A stretch of DNA of 64,000 bases from Candidatus Spongiisociaceae bacterium. GTDB taxonomy: Bacteria > Actinomycetota > Acidimicrobiia > Spongiisociales > Spongiisociaceae. The position numbers were made by a program, and so were the translations under genes. The stretch is from the NCBI GenBank assembly GCA_965262915.1, contig OZ253564.1, forward strand, positions 2,944,001-3,008,000. The letters run 5' to 3'. This document shows positions 31,786-44,272 of the stretch, one piece after another (the stretch's first letter is position 1; every line of letters begins with the position of its first letter). Under the pieces are notes generated by a model. The model was given only the letters and a program-made list of their open reading frames with translations. It searched no databases and was not told where the DNA came from.

Positions 31786-32090
31786 GTACCTGAATCGTTG
31801 TATATGGCGCTGGTGACCAACAGCGGGCTCGCGCCAACCTATCACCGGGGAACACCGTCCTTCGCCACTTGATTTTGAGGCTACATAGCGACAGAATCGG
31901 CTGTCAACTGGGTTTGCCCCTTCATTTCCTGACCGGTTAGAGAGTTCAGCAGCGGCCGATACGACCGAGTGGGGATCAGCCAACAGCGGTAGTGAGCCGC
32001 GCCGGGTCTATCGGAGACACCGGGAAACCCGGGGCGATTCAAACTCAGGTTGAACTCCAAAGTACGGAGTTGCCGGTCTGGACAGGCCGC

Positions 32091-32350
32091 TTACACGGCC
32101 AAGGACTGTGCCCAATCGTTCATCACTTGACGTTGCGGTTCGAGTACGTCACCACGGCTATCGGCTTGTTCAGCCGCGGACCCGATCCGATGTTCCAGGC
32201 ACAACTCGGCGATCTCTCTCGGTACCGACTCATCAGCGGCCCAGGTTCTCAATGTGCTTTTGAACCCATGTAGCGTTCCTCCGAGGTCGAGACCGGCTAC
32301 CAGCTTCGACCACTGCGACGGCCCAACCTCGCCGCCCTTCGCCTTTGGAG
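32091..32350 (-). pseudogene. C-terminal fragment of a P4-type tyrosine integrase
   Basis: GTLHGFKSTLRTWAA...AELCLEHRIGSAAEQAD; closely similar to 39423-39686; catalytic Tyr replaced by Asp. Confidence 0.85.
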
Positions 32351-32639
32351 ACACAGAGCCCGATGGGTCGGGTCGGATCGCCATACTCCGTGGTCTCTTA
32401 TCGGGGCTGGTCGCTCACAGCGGCGGGTAGCACCTAATTGCCCTGTCAGCGAGATGGCCTCCGGTGAGATCCACCTGCCGTGGTTGCCTTCGTTGCAGCG
32501 CCAAGGCGACGGCGTTTCCGGAAGCCGCTATCGAAGGTAGTCGCCGGGAACGTCGTACGCAGAGTGGGACGTCACCACCCCGCCGCGTCCTGATCCAGCC
32601 GGGAACCTGGCTGTTCGGTGGCTCTGGCAATGGTGCACG

Positions 32640-33239
32640 TCCTCCTCGCTAAAACCTGCTGCTGCTCACACTCTGCCGCCCTTCCCCATCCGACCCGGCC
32701 CTTTCGGATCCCGGAGTCCTACGCCGGCTCCGCCACGACCCGGCGTCAACAGCGGACGTTGCGCCTGCCCGTCTCCGTGCTGGTAGCACGGCGGGGAGGG
32801 CAACACCGAGTCCCATCCCACGTTCACTGATGTTCGCTATGACAGAGAAGGTGCCCAGCTATACCCCGACGGCGTCGCCCGTCCCCCACATCGCAGTCTC
32901 GGCACGAGCCCCTGCCTGGCCATCGGATACGGCCAGGCCGAGAGGAGGGACCATCGGAGAGGGCACCCTCCACTACCGCAGTGCAACCCATCCACCAGGT
33001 TCGACAGGTCGCTGACGACTCACGAGACTTCTGACACCGATTCAGTTTCCTTACACCTTTCTGTCCTTGCTAGCGGGCACGAGCCGTCTGGTGGTACCGA
33101 CCCGCCCGTACATTGTCAGGGCTGCTCCCAGCCTCACCCCCAACCCGGGGATCGGCCTGCCCTCAGCTTCAACCGGTCGCTGCGACAACCGGCGGCGGGC
33201 TTCTCAACCCGCACGATCCAACAGCGCCTCGTGGCGCAC
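32640..33239 (-). mobile_element. 5' half of a group II intron (about domains I-III); no RT ORF or domain V/VI seen
   Basis: Starts GTGCGCCACGAGGCGC at 33239 (GUGYG consensus); ~600 nt non-coding with intron-like motifs; left boundary approximate. Confidence 0.75.
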
Positions 33240-33300
33240 AGCCGAGCTCATCCACTACGAGCACTGCCGGGCCGGAGAAGAACCGCATGGTGGCGGCCCG
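33240..33300 (-). pseudogene. IS21-family istB remnant (5' exon of the intron)
   Basis: Translates RAATMRFFSGPAVLVVDELG (Walker B) right up to the intron 5' end. Confidence 0.65.
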
Positions 33301-33410
33301 TCTTAAGCAAGCCGTGGCACACGTCGAAGCGGTCGCCTTTCGGTACTCGTATCAAGTTACAACTCGTCTACAAGTGGGGCTTCCGGCCAGACAGCGGCCT
33401 GTATCGGGCT

Positions 33411-34778
33411 TCAGTCGGGCGGAGGTCTCGACGCCACGAGCCCGGTCCGTTCCAAGAACTCCCCGACATCGAGCAGCAATTCCTCCTCCCACCAGGGAGC
33501 GATCAACTGCACCGCCGGAGGGGGCGTCCCGCCGTTGGCGAGGGGCAGGGAGATCGCCGTGCAGCCCAACACGTTGACCAGGGACGTGTAGCCACCCAGT
33601 ACGTCGCCGGTCCAGTGGGGTTTTCCGCCGACCACGATGTCGTCGACCCCGATCGTCTTGCGGCTGTGACCGACCGTCGGCGTCAGGATCAGGTCGTATT
33701 CGGAGAATATCCTCCGGGCCGCCTGGACTATTCCGGCCCTCCATCGCAGCGCCCGCGTGTACTCGTCGGTCGTGGTGCGCATCGCCGCCTCCACGCGCTC
33801 CCGGACTTCAGGTCCGTATGGCTTGTCGGCGTCGTCGATCCATTGCCGATGGACGGCGGCTGCCTCGGCGGCGGACAGCGAGACGCGGATCGGATCCGGG
33901 ACCAAAGCCTGGTTCCGCAGCGGCTCGACCCTCGGACCGGCCTCCCGAAGCCGGTCACAGAAAGTTTCGAACGAGGTTCGGGCCTCGTCAGATGTCGGCA
34001 CCCACTCGAGCCAGGCTAGAGGCACGGCGACCCGGACCCGGTCGAGCGAGCGGAGCCGACGGCCTTGTTGATCCCTGGGGTCGGACCAGGGGTCGCTCCG
34101 GTCGAACCCCTTCATGGCCCTGTACATGAGGCGGGCGTCGGCGCAGGTGGTGGTCATCGGTCCGACCGTGTCCATCGATGCGGCCAGCGGGAAGATCCCG
34201 GTGAGGGGGATCCGTCCGTGGGTAACCTTGAGGCCGACGATGCCGCACAGGGCGGCTGGTACCCGTACCGAACCTCCGGTGTCTGTGCCGATGGCGGCCG
34301 GGGCCATCCCCGCCGAGACCGCGACGGCCGACCCCCCGGACGATCCGCCCGGCGACAGGTTGCGGTCCCAAGGGTTGCGAACTACCCCGAACCAGGGATT
34401 CTCGGAGGAGCCCCCGTACGCGAACTCGTCCAGCCCGGTCCGGCCCATGATGATCGCCCCCGCGGCCTCCAGGCGTTCGACCACCGGGGCCGACACCGCG
34501 GCTTCGTTCCGATAGAAGGCCGACCCGGCGGTCGTCACATGCCCGGCATGATCGATCAGGTTCTTGAGGGCGATCGGGACGCCCGCCAGCGAGCCGGCGC
34601 GGGACCCGGCGTCGACCAAGTCGGCCCGACACAGCGCACCCTCGGGGTCGAGTTCGGTGAAGGCGTTTAGATCCGGGTTTCGCGCTTCAGCTGTCTCCAG
34701 GTAGCACTCGACCACTTGGCGGGCGGTCCGTTTCCCGTCGCGGACAGACCTGACGATGGACTCGACCGGGCCTACCAC
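33411..34778 (-). CDS. amidase signature family protein
   Basis: GVPIALK, PGGSSGGSA, GTDTGGSVRVPAALCG. Confidence 0.92.
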   Translation of the reverse strand: MVGPVESIVRSVRDGKRTARQVVECYLETAEARNPDLNAFTELDPEGALCRADLVDAGSRAGSLAGVPIALKNLIDHAGHVTTAGSAFYRNEAAVSAPVVERLEAAGAIIMGRTGLDEFAYGGSSENPWFGVVRNPWDRNLSPGGSSGGSAVAVSAGMAPAAIGTDTGGSVRVPAALCGIVGLKVTHGRIPLTGIFPLAASMDTVGPMTTTCADARLMYRAMKGFDRSDPWSDPRDQQGRRLRSLDRVRVAVPLAWLEWVPTSDEARTSFETFCDRLREAGPRVEPLRNQALVPDPIRVSLSAAEAAAVHRQWIDDADKPYGPEVRERVEAAMRTTTDEYTRALRWRAGIVQAARRIFSEYDLILTPTVGHSRKTIGVDDIVVGGKPHWTGDVLGGYTSLVNVLGCTAISLPLANGGTPPPAVQLIAPWWEEELLLDVGEFLERTGLVASRPPPD

Positions 34779-34799
34779 GGTTGCACGGCTACCAGACAG

Positions 34800-35110
34800 G
34801 GCCGGATGTCTCCGGGCAGGTCATCATCCAGAGTCTTCCCGGAGGCACCCTGATCGGATCGCCGCCGGGACCCGCGATCCTGAACCAGTCGCTGGCGCTC
34901 TCCCAGCGCCACCGGCCCTACGCGAACCGTCCCTGCCCGACCACGATGGCACGGTTCTCACCCACTGTGTTCCAGGCCGGCACGCAGGAGTCTCCCCCGG
35001 TGGGCAGTCCGTGTATCGCTTTGTCATGAGCACGATCAGCACGTCCGCCTCTATCTGCCCGGTCTCGTCACCGTCGCGGCTCCTCCAGAGCTGGGGTTCG
35101 CCGCCGCCGA
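34800..35110 (-). pseudogene. frameshifted C-terminal remnant, possibly DUF3048-like
   Basis: Fragments QIEADVLIVL and TVGENRAIVVGQGRFA*GRW...GDPIRVPPGRLW in different frames; family recalled from memory. Confidence 0.3.
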
Positions 35111-35149
35111 GCGGAGATATCGGGTCCCTTCCCACCGCCACACGATGAT

Positions 35150-35286
35150 GACGAAGACCAGGTTCTCCCGCTTGATGTCGAGTCCGGCGAAGAACTTCTG
35201 GACTGCGGCGAGGATCGTATAGTCGCCGCATCCGGGGCACCAGCGAACTTCGTGGTCGGTTTGGATTCAACCCGCGTGTAGCTCAT
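35150..35286 (-). pseudogene. korB: 2-oxoacid:ferredoxin oxidoreductase beta subunit, frameshifted N-terminal fragment
   Basis: After a frameshift reads TDHEVRWCPGCGDYTILAAVQKFFAGLDIKRENLVFV. Confidence 0.85.
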
Positions 35287-35483
35287 TGCCCTGCTATCTC
35301 CATGCTCTTGGAGTCTATCTCGCCGAACTTGAACGGAAACCCCTCCACCTTGCTGTACGAGATCACTGGTCGGACGAACTCGGCCTTCACCATCCGGGAT
35401 AGCTGGCCGTTGTTCATCTCGGGGATCAGCGCTGTGTCGTAGCTTCCCAGCACGGTGGGCATGTTGCGCGCGAAGGGACTTAG

Positions 35484-37299
35484 CCTGAATCCACCGACGG
35501 CCTCCCCGGGGGGTGGTCCGGGGTGCGGTTGGTGGGGGGTTGAGGGGTTGGGGCTGGTTGGATTCGGGGGGTTTCGGGGGTGTGGTGGGTGTGGTTTGGT
35601 GGGTTAGGTAGTGTTGGAGGCTGGTTGGGATGGTTTCGGGCGTGTGTGGTCGGGGTTTGGGTGGTTGGTTATGGTTGCGGCGGGTCCGTCGGGCCGGGTC
35701 AGCAGAGCTGTGGCAGCGCCCGGAGGTTAGTGAGGGTGGTTAGGTAGGCGCCGGCCCAGGGCCATCGGGCGGGTAGACGCAGGAGGCGGCGTCCGCCGTG
35801 GTTGACGAGGCGTCCAGGGAGTCCGAACAGTCGGGTACGGATGGTACGTCCACAGACCAGCCGCCCGGGCGGCTGCGTACCCCCGAGGAGGGCTATCTGC
35901 CGGTAGAGGTTATGGGCTAGGGCGGCGCAGATCAGCCAGGCGGCGTTAGCTGCGAAGACGCCGGAGGGTAGGTGGGCGAGACCCCCGGAGTCTTTGAGGT
36001 CGCGGATGGCGAGTTCGCATGTGGCGTGGCGGCGGTGGTACCGGTCGATTTCGACCGCGGGCAGCGGGCTGTGCGCTTCCCCAGGGTTGTCACCGATCTC
36101 TACCACCGGCAGTTCGGCCGGTTCGGTGTCTTGTTCTCCGCGGCGGGGTTGGTGGCCGGTGTCGTCTTGTCCGGCCCGGGGTTGGTGGCGCCGGTCGGCT
36201 TCTGCCGCGGGCAGGTCCAGGTTGGTGACGAACGCGTGGTATCGCCAGTCGGGCCACAGCTCGGCTTGGGAACCGAGCAGGCGGGTGCGGCGCACTACCA
36301 GGCGAACCCGGCGTTTCTGCGACCGTTTCTTGGGGTTGGTCATCTCCAGGACTGTTTCCCCCACTTGTGCCAGCCCGCCTTCGGGATAGGCAATGGGGGT
36401 CCACGCGTCTTTGTCGATATTGCTGATCAGTGTCCTAATCTTGGCATTCAGCGGGCAGGTGATCGACCAGCCCACCCCGAGGCGGTCGAGGGCGGCCAAG
36501 AGGGTATAGGACCAGAACCCCGAATCGGCCCGCACGCTCACCGGGCCCCTGGCCCCGGCCCGTCGCACACGCCGCACTGTCTCCCCAACGAAATGGACCA
36601 CACCCCTCTGCGATGCTCCTTCCCGCAGACGGGCGCCGACCACTTCCCCCGTATCGGCTCGGAACGCCAACAGCGGGTGATAACCCAACTCTTTGGTGTA
36701 GCCATAGGCGGCCCCTTGTTTGGTCTTGGCAGACACCTCACAGATCGTCGAGTCCACATCGAGGGTCACCGCTCCCTTACCGGGACCGGCGCCCGCCCCC
36801 CACGCACGGCCCAGCGCTACGGTCACCACCTTCTCCAACTGGCGTACATGACCCCAGGTGAACGAACGCAGGAAGGTTCCCACAGTGGACGGGGCCATCA
36901 CCGCATGGGGCAACACCCGATCAGTGGAACCCGCCCGGAGCCGACCCACATGGTCAATATGGGAGGCGCCCACCAGCATCGCAGCTACCAACGTGCACAC
37001 CTTACGACCCGGATGCGCGCCACCCACCCGGCCGCCCAACCGCACCGTCCGATCCACCAAACCTTCCAAACCCAAACGGTCCATCAACGTCCCGGCCGCC
37101 AACAACCCAGCGTCGGCCACCAGCCCCTCATCATCGAAAACCGCCCCATACCGGTCGATATTCTGCAATACTCCACTCACAGGAAGTGCCTCCAGACTCC
37201 GAGCCAATACACATGTTTCGTATGGCTATTGTCCCAGATCAGAGGCACTTTCCGCGTCTATCCACCCCCAACCACAGGATATCTACCGGTGGATTCAGG
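35484..37299 (-). mobile_element. IS1380-family insertion sequence
   Basis: IR cctgaatccaccg...cggtggattcagg; CTTAG duplication at 35479-83 and 37300-04. Confidence 0.95.
35699..37207 (-). CDS. IS1380-family transposase
   Basis: LDVDST, GYHPLL, VRADSGF, YHAFVTN, ELAIRDLK, HLPSGVFAANAAW. Confidence 0.93.
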   Translation of the reverse strand: MARSLEALPVSGVLQNIDRYGAVFDDEGLVADAGLLAAGTLMDRLGLEGLVDRTVRLGGRVGGAHPGRKVCTLVAAMLVGASHIDHVGRLRAGSTDRVLPHAVMAPSTVGTFLRSFTWGHVRQLEKVVTVALGRAWGAGAGPGKGAVTLDVDSTICEVSAKTKQGAAYGYTKELGYHPLLAFRADTGEVVGARLREGASQRGVVHFVGETVRRVRRAGARGPVSVRADSGFWSYTLLAALDRLGVGWSITCPLNAKIRTLISNIDKDAWTPIAYPEGGLAQVGETVLEMTNPKKRSQKRRVRLVVRRTRLLGSQAELWPDWRYHAFVTNLDLPAAEADRRHQPRAGQDDTGHQPRRGEQDTEPAELPVVEIGDNPGEAHSPLPAVEIDRYHRRHATCELAIRDLKDSGGLAHLPSGVFAANAAWLICAALAHNLYRQIALLGGTQPPGRLVCGRTIRTRLFGLPGRLVNHGGRRLLRLPARWPWAGAYLTTLTNLRALPQLC

Positions 37300-37336
37300 C
37301 TTAGGTAGCGGCTCCTGGCATGGGCGAGGTTTGACC

Positions 37337-38916
<1,580 letters not shown>

Positions 38917-39422
38917 TCACCCAGACCTCTGATCCTCGAGATCGCCCAACTCCGCAACAGGCCTTGCCTGCTCGAACCGGCCCGGTCGTTCTACTAAGAC
39001 CCTGGGCAGATGAATGGGAGGAGTTCCGTAGTGTCGAGTACGGGGCGCCTGCCGTTGCTCGCCCAGGCCCCGGGGCAATCAGAGGCGAATATCACCCACC
39101 TGTGCCCTGCCAGGACGTAGCCGACGGAAGATGCGAACCCGACTGGAACCGGCATCGCAGTCAACCTGGACAGCTATCAGACCTCGATGGCCGCAGTAGG
39201 AGACCGGCCGCTCACCGACTGTACCAACCCCCGCGAACCCTTCTCCAACCAGACCCAAACATCATGATATGGAGTCGATCGGCAACCAGTTCCGCCCCTG
39301 TCTAGGATCTGGTTCAGGAGCCACACGAGTGCATTCAAGGATCACCAGAAGAGCGGATGCATCTGAGCTAGGATCCGCTCCTAGCACCAACAGAAGCAAC
39401 GCACGAGGCGCTGTCTAAGTGG

Positions 39423-40590
39423 TTAGCGGGTGAGGTATTGAGCCCAGGCCTCCATCACGTCACGGCGCCGGTCGAGTACGGCGCCTCTTGCGTAGGCTTG
39501 CTCAGCCGCCGACCCGATCCGATGAGCCAAGCACAACTCGGCGATCTCTCGGGATACGGACTGGTCCGCGGCCCAGTCTCGGAACGTACTGCGGAATCCG
39601 TGCAACGTTCCTCCGAGGTCAAGGCCGGATACCAGCTTGGTAAGTTGCCACGGTCCAAGCTCATCGCCCTTGGCGTTGGGGAACACGTACGCGGCAGGGT
39701 CGGACGGGTCCCTGTACTCCGCCGCCTCGGAAAGGATCCTGAGAACCGTGGGGGCAAGCGGAACACGGTGTTCACGGCCTTGCCTTCATCCGTTCGGCTG
39801 GGATAGTTCAGACGGCCGTTTGCTGGTCTATCTCCCCCCAGCGGGCACCCCGTACCTCCCCCGAGCGGGCTGCGGTGAGGATCGCAAACTGCGTCGCCAT
39901 GCGGGCTGGCTTATGCCCGCTTGCTGCGCTGATCTTCCGAAACGCTTCCGCCGCCTCACGGTGAGGAACAGATGCGAGGTTCTTCCGCGCCCCCATTGGT
40001 CATAGGTAGGGCTTTGGTAATCGCGGACCCTGCCGGATCGTCTGACCGGTGGCCCTCCACCACGGCCCACGCCATCACCGCTGAGATGCGTTACCGCACC
40101 CGCTTCGCCGTAGTTGGTTTGGTTGCCCATATCGGTGTGAGGATCGCCATCACGTCAGCGGTGGTGATTCTGTCGACTCGCTTCGATCCGATCACCGGAT
40201 ACACGTAGTCAGCGGGTGACTGGCGCCACTGGTCGGCCGACCGACTGCCGGGCTTCCACTTGACCGAGTAGAGGCCGATCACCACCTCGGCGGCTGCCTC
40301 GAATGTAGGAACATGGTGGAGGGTCCGCTCTTCTCTTGGGTCGCCTCCCTGCCTGGCGATCTTACGATACTCGAACGCGGTCCGTCGGGCTTCAGCGAGA
40401 CTCGTGTAGCGGACGGCACCTAGCCCATAGTCACGCCCCCGGCCCTTGACGGTGCTACGCCATAGCCACTGTTTCGATCCTCCTGGCGCGACCCGGAGCA
40501 CGAGACGGTCTCCGCATCCGTCTTGGTACTTACCCGGTTTCGTGACGGACCTAACGAACGTTGCCGTAATTCCCTTCTTGGTGCTCAGGC
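39423..40590 (-). pseudogene. P4-type tyrosine integrase, disrupted by stops and frameshifts
   Basis: Arm-binding N-terminus (KPGKYQDG...GLGAVRYTSLAEAR), TAA at 40091, AARSGEVRGARW, HGFRSTFRDW...LAH...QAY split over three ORFs. Confidence 0.9.
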
Positions 40591-40900
40591 TGGTCTCCGA
40601 TTCTGTCCCTCAGTCCGTCCCCGGACCCGTCCAGCAACGGACCGGGGTCCGCGCATCGGTGCATTCGGCAACGGACCGCTGTCCGCGGGCCGAAAGTTGC
40701 CCGATTCGCTGTGATTCCCCGCCGTCTTCCTCCCCAATCTATCCCCTTGTTAACCCTCGTAGCAGATAGACGACCGGGAACCGTATGAAACCTCGCGTAA
40801 CGGACATCGGCTGACTTAGTTCCCTTGGCACCTGTCGTAAAGTGCCCCTGACCTGGGAGTTTACAACGACATATGGCAGAGAGAAACGAGGAGAAACTAG

Positions 40901-40974
40901 TGGGTCGCCCGGGACTCGAACCCGGAACCTGCGGATTAAGAGTCCGTTGCTCTGCCGGATTGAGCTAGCGACCC
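40901..40974 (-). tRNA. tRNA-Lys(CTT)
   Basis: GGGTCGCTAGCTCAATCCGGCAGAGCAACGGACTCTTAATCCGCAGGTTCCGGGTTCGAGTCCCGGGCGACCCA. Confidence 0.95.
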
Positions 40975-41027
40975 GCAACCAGTGTAATCCGGCTCCCGGG
41001 GCTGCGAGAAGCGCCTGCGCCGTTCCG

Positions 41028-41618
41028 CTAGAGGGCTCTCAATGCATCGGCAAGAGCTCGGATGGCCCTGGCTCGGTGGCTGATCCGGTTCTTGTAGCTC
41101 TCACCCATCTGGGCGAGAGTTCTTCCGCCGACCGCGAACACCGGGTCGTAACCGAATCCGGCCGAGCCGACGGGGCGGGTAGTGATCGCACCGTTCAGCA
41201 CGCCCTCTGCTACCACTTCCCTGCCGTCTTCCAGGACGGCCACGACCACTGTCCGGAATCGCGCACTGCGTTCTCCAACCCCCTCGAGGGCCGCTAGGAG
41301 GGCAACCACGTTGGATTCGTAGGTGGCGTCGGGTCCCGAGAAGCGGGCCGTGTGAACGCCCGGGGCGCCTCCGAGGGCCGCCACTTCCAAGCCGGTGTCG
41401 TCTGCTACAGAAGCCAGTCCGGTTGCTGCCGCCACCTCGCGAGCCTTGAGGCGAGCGTTTCCTTGGAGAGTGGGGGCGTCCTCGACCACGTCAGGCCAGT
41501 CGAGACCCCTCACGATCTCCTTCACCACCCCCGATCCCACCAGTAGGGACTCCATCTCCCTGATCTTGTCGGCGTTCTTCGACGCTACGACTACCCGACC
41601 GATCGCCGGCCCGCTCAT
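41028..41618 (-). CDS. rdgB: non-canonical purine NTP pyrophosphatase
   Basis: ASKNADK, ADDTGL, GFGYDPVF, KNRISHR; ATG overlaps the rph stop. Confidence 0.95.
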   Translation of the reverse strand: MSGPAIGRVVVASKNADKIREMESLLVGSGVVKEIVRGLDWPDVVEDAPTLQGNARLKAREVAAATGLASVADDTGLEVAALGGAPGVHTARFSGPDATYESNVVALLAALEGVGERSARFRTVVVAVLEDGREVVAEGVLNGAITTRPVGSAGFGYDPVFAVGGRTLAQMGESYKNRISHRARAIRALADALRAL

Positions 41619-42325
41619 CCTGCGACCAGTGCGTCCTGCAGAGCTCCGATCTGATCGATCCCCACTTCGGCCAGATCGAGGAGCCCGTCGAGTTCCTCCC
41701 GGCTGAAGGGAAGTCCCTCGGCCGTCCCCTGGACCTCGACCAGCAGACCACGGCCGGTCATCACCACGTTCAGGTCGACCGACGCCGCCACATCGTCGCG
41801 GTAGTCCAGGTCCAGCAGGGACGTTCCGTGGACGATCCCCACCGAGATCGCGGTGACCTGGTCCAGGATGGGACTCGACTCCATAATCCGCTGTTCGACA
41901 GCCCACTCGAAGGCGTCGTGCAAAGCGACCCATGCCGCGTTGACCGCCGCTGTGCGGGTACCTCCGTCGGCCTGGATCACGTCGCAATCCACGTTCACCA
42001 TGACCTCCCCCATCTTCCGGAGGTCGACGACCGAGCGCAGCGAGCGACCGATCAGCCGGGAGATCTCCTTCGATCGTCCCCCGGTGTACTGGTCGCGGCG
42101 GATCCGGCGATCCGACGATCCCGGCATCATGGCGTACTCGGCGGTGACCCAGCCGGTCCCCGTCCTCTGCATCCATCTCGGTACCCGGTCCCCGAAGGAC
42201 GCGGTCGCCAGCACGATCGTCCGGCCCATCTCGATCAGTACCGACCCGGGAGTCATCTCGGTGTACCCCTGCGTGAATCTCACGGGTCTCAACTCGTCCC
42301 GTTGCCGTACCCGTTCCGAACTCAT
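41615..42325 (-). CDS. rph: ribonuclease PH
   Basis: GWVTAEY, EISRLIGRSLR, QADGGTRTA, VEVQGTAE. Confidence 0.97.
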   Translation of the reverse strand: MSSERVRQRDELRPVRFTQGYTEMTPGSVLIEMGRTIVLATASFGDRVPRWMQRTGTGWVTAEYAMMPGSSDRRIRRDQYTGGRSKEISRLIGRSLRSVVDLRKMGEVMVNVDCDVIQADGGTRTAAVNAAWVALHDAFEWAVEQRIMESSPILDQVTAISVGIVHGTSLLDLDYRDDVAASVDLNVVMTGRGLLVEVQGTAEGLPFSREELDGLLDLAEVGIDQIGALQDALVAG

Positions 42326-42346
42326 GGGTCTCCCTTCCGAAGCTCC

Positions 42347-43090
42347 TCAGATCCTGATCCGGGCCCCGGGGACCGCAAGGGAGACCTCTCCTTCGAATAC
42401 GGATTCGGCGTCCATGAGCGACTTCTCCGGATCCAGATAAGGTGCGATATGGGTCAGTACGAGGCGCCCCACCCCGGCGCGGCTCGCCATCGACCCGGCC
42501 TCCAAACCGGTCATGTGATACCCGACGGAACCGCTGTCACGCGGTTCGGGGAGGGTCGCCTCAGCCAGCAGGACGTCCGATCCGGCGGCGTGACGTTCGA
42601 GCACCCGGCTCGGTCCCGTGTCGGCGGTATAGGTGAGGGAACGACCGTTGGCAGCGATTCGGGGTGAGAGCGTGGGAGGGGGGTGATTGGTACGCGCCAC
42701 CGAGATCCCCATCGACCCCAAGCTGAACGAGTCCCCGTCGGAAAGGGTGACGAAATCGAACGCAGACCACCACGCCGACGAAGCCCCGGCCAGTTCCCCG
42801 AGTTCGTGGGCGAGCCGCTCGGGACAGAGAACCGGAATTGGCTCAATGGCGCGGTCACCGTAGGCGACGGCATGGTATAGAGCGAAGATGTCGGTGCAGT
42901 GGTCGGGGTGGCGGTGCGACAGGAAGACGCCGGAGAGGTCGCGCGGATCCATCTCGCTACAGAGGGCCACGTAGGTCCCGGGTCCGGCGTCCATCCACAG
43001 CCGGGTGTCCCCGTTGGACATCAGATACCCGGAGGCGGGACGCCCGGCGGTCGGGTAGGTGCCGTTGGAACCGAGAACGGTGACCTGCAT
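42347..43090 (-). CDS. metallo-beta-lactamase fold hydrolase (RNase Z-like)
   Basis: VLGSNGTYP, SHRHPDH, YTADT, LTHI; usual neighbour of rph. Confidence 0.88.
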   Translation of the reverse strand: MQVTVLGSNGTYPTAGRPASGYLMSNGDTRLWMDAGPGTYVALCSEMDPRDLSGVFLSHRHPDHCTDIFALYHAVAYGDRAIEPIPVLCPERLAHELGELAGASSAWWSAFDFVTLSDGDSFSLGSMGISVARTNHPPPTLSPRIAANGRSLTYTADTGPSRVLERHAAGSDVLLAEATLPEPRDSGSVGYHMTGLEAGSMASRAGVGRLVLTHIAPYLDPEKSLMDAESVFEGEVSLAVPGARIRI

Positions 43091-43213
43091 GAGATCAGCG
43101 TAGCCAGGGCCACCGGGAAGGTTCGGCCTGGTCGACCGCTCGTCCTCGAGGCCAGCCTGAGCGGAGCTGTCTCGGGAGGAGCGCGAGCGCCGACGGGCAA
43201 CCCGATATCCGGC

Positions 43214-44272
43214 TCACGCATCGGGCGCACCGGGAGCGGACGGTCCGCCAACGACCAGACCCCTGGCATCGATGACCACCTTGCCGTGCGCCACGAGGCG
43301 TCCGAGTTCCGCCATGGCCGCCACGGGATCGGCTCCGAGCGTGGACAGGAACTCGGCAACCGGCAGGCCGGTGTTGGCGACCGGGATGGCGGCCGGAGCG
43401 TCGGAGGGGGTGCTCGGTGGTTCTCCGATCACCAACTCCAGACACGCCATCAGGTCCTCGGCGTCCAGAACCGGGAAGGCTCCGTCCCGGATCAGCAGGT
43501 TGCAACCTATCGAACTCGGCCTTCCCACGTCACCCGGCGTAGCGAAGATGTCACGACCCTGATCGAGCGCGATCCGGGCGGTGACCAGCGCGCCTCCTTT
43601 GACGCCGGCCTCGACCACTACCACCGCGTGGGCGATGCCCGAGATGATCCGGTTGCGGGGAGGGAACCGCCAACCGAACGGTCGGCCGCCCGGGGGCGCC
43701 TCGCTCCACACGGTGCCACCGGCTTCGAGCAGGCTCGCACCGAGTTCCCGGTGCCGGCGGGGGTACCAGACATCCACCCCGGAGCCGAGTACCGCCACTC
43801 CCGGAGCAGGGCCGAGCAGGGAGCCACGGTGGGCGGCGCCGTCGATGCCCTTGGCGAGACCGCTCACCACCGACCAGCCGGCTCGGGAGACCGCCTCGCC
43901 GTATTGCTCCGCGAGCCGCCTGCCGTAGGTCGTGCAAGCCCTGGTACCCACGATGGCAACCGCTGTCCCTGTGAAGGAACGCCCTCGCTGGAAGAGGAAC
44001 AGGGGCGAGTCGGGTAGCTCTCGGAGATGTTCGGGGAACCTCTCATCGTCCCGGAGGAGAAAGTCGATCCTCGCGTTGCGCAGGCTTTCCCGCCGCTCGG
44101 AGGCCGGTATGGCGGCAGCTTGCCGGGCCCCGGCGGGTACGGTGAGCCTTCCCCGCTCGATATCCCGCAGCACCTTCGCAGGGGAGCCGGTCTTGGATGC
44201 CAGGCCCCGCAACCGATCGGGGTGCATCCCGACATGGGCCAGCCTGATCCAAGCATCTGCGGCGCTGGTCAT
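43214..44272 (-). CDS. dprA: DNA-processing protein DprA
   Basis: AIVGTR, VSGLAKGID, FPPRNRIISG, VVEA, GCNLLIRDGA. Confidence 0.96.
   Translation of the reverse strand: MTSAADAWIRLAHVGMHPDRLRGLASKTGSPAKVLRDIERGRLTVPAGARQAAAIPASERRESLRNARIDFLLRDDERFPEHLRELPDSPLFLFQRGRSFTGTAVAIVGTRACTTYGRRLAEQYGEAVSRAGWSVVSGLAKGIDGAAHRGSLLGPAPGVAVLGSGVDVWYPRRHRELGASLLEAGGTVWSEAPPGGRPFGWRFPPRNRIISGIAHAVVVVEAGVKGGALVTARIALDQGRDIFATPGDVGRPSSIGCNLLIRDGAFPVLDAEDLMACLELVIGEPPSTPSDAPAAIPVANTGLPVAEFLSTLGADPVAAMAELGRLVAHGKVVIDARGLVVGGPSAPGAPDA

Larger units (their letters stand above)
35283..37336 (-). pseudogene. korA: 2-oxoacid:ferredoxin oxidoreductase alpha subunit, C-terminal fragment split by IS1380
   Basis: LAHARSRYL (right of IS) joins SPFARNMPTVLGSYDTALIPEMNNGQL...YSKVEGFPF (left of IS); stop overlaps the korB ATG. 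Confidence 0.8.

Noticed and set aside
32415-33239. Active retroelement, retron or DGR
   Set aside because: No reverse transcriptase (YxDD) ORF and no recognisable domain V/VI nearby.
41028-42176. Extended starts in the ORF track for rdgB (also proB, tig, mrdA, rodA, cofG, cofH)
   Set aside because: The extensions overlap upstream genes, tRNAs or MITEs; downstream starts fit family length and translational coupling.
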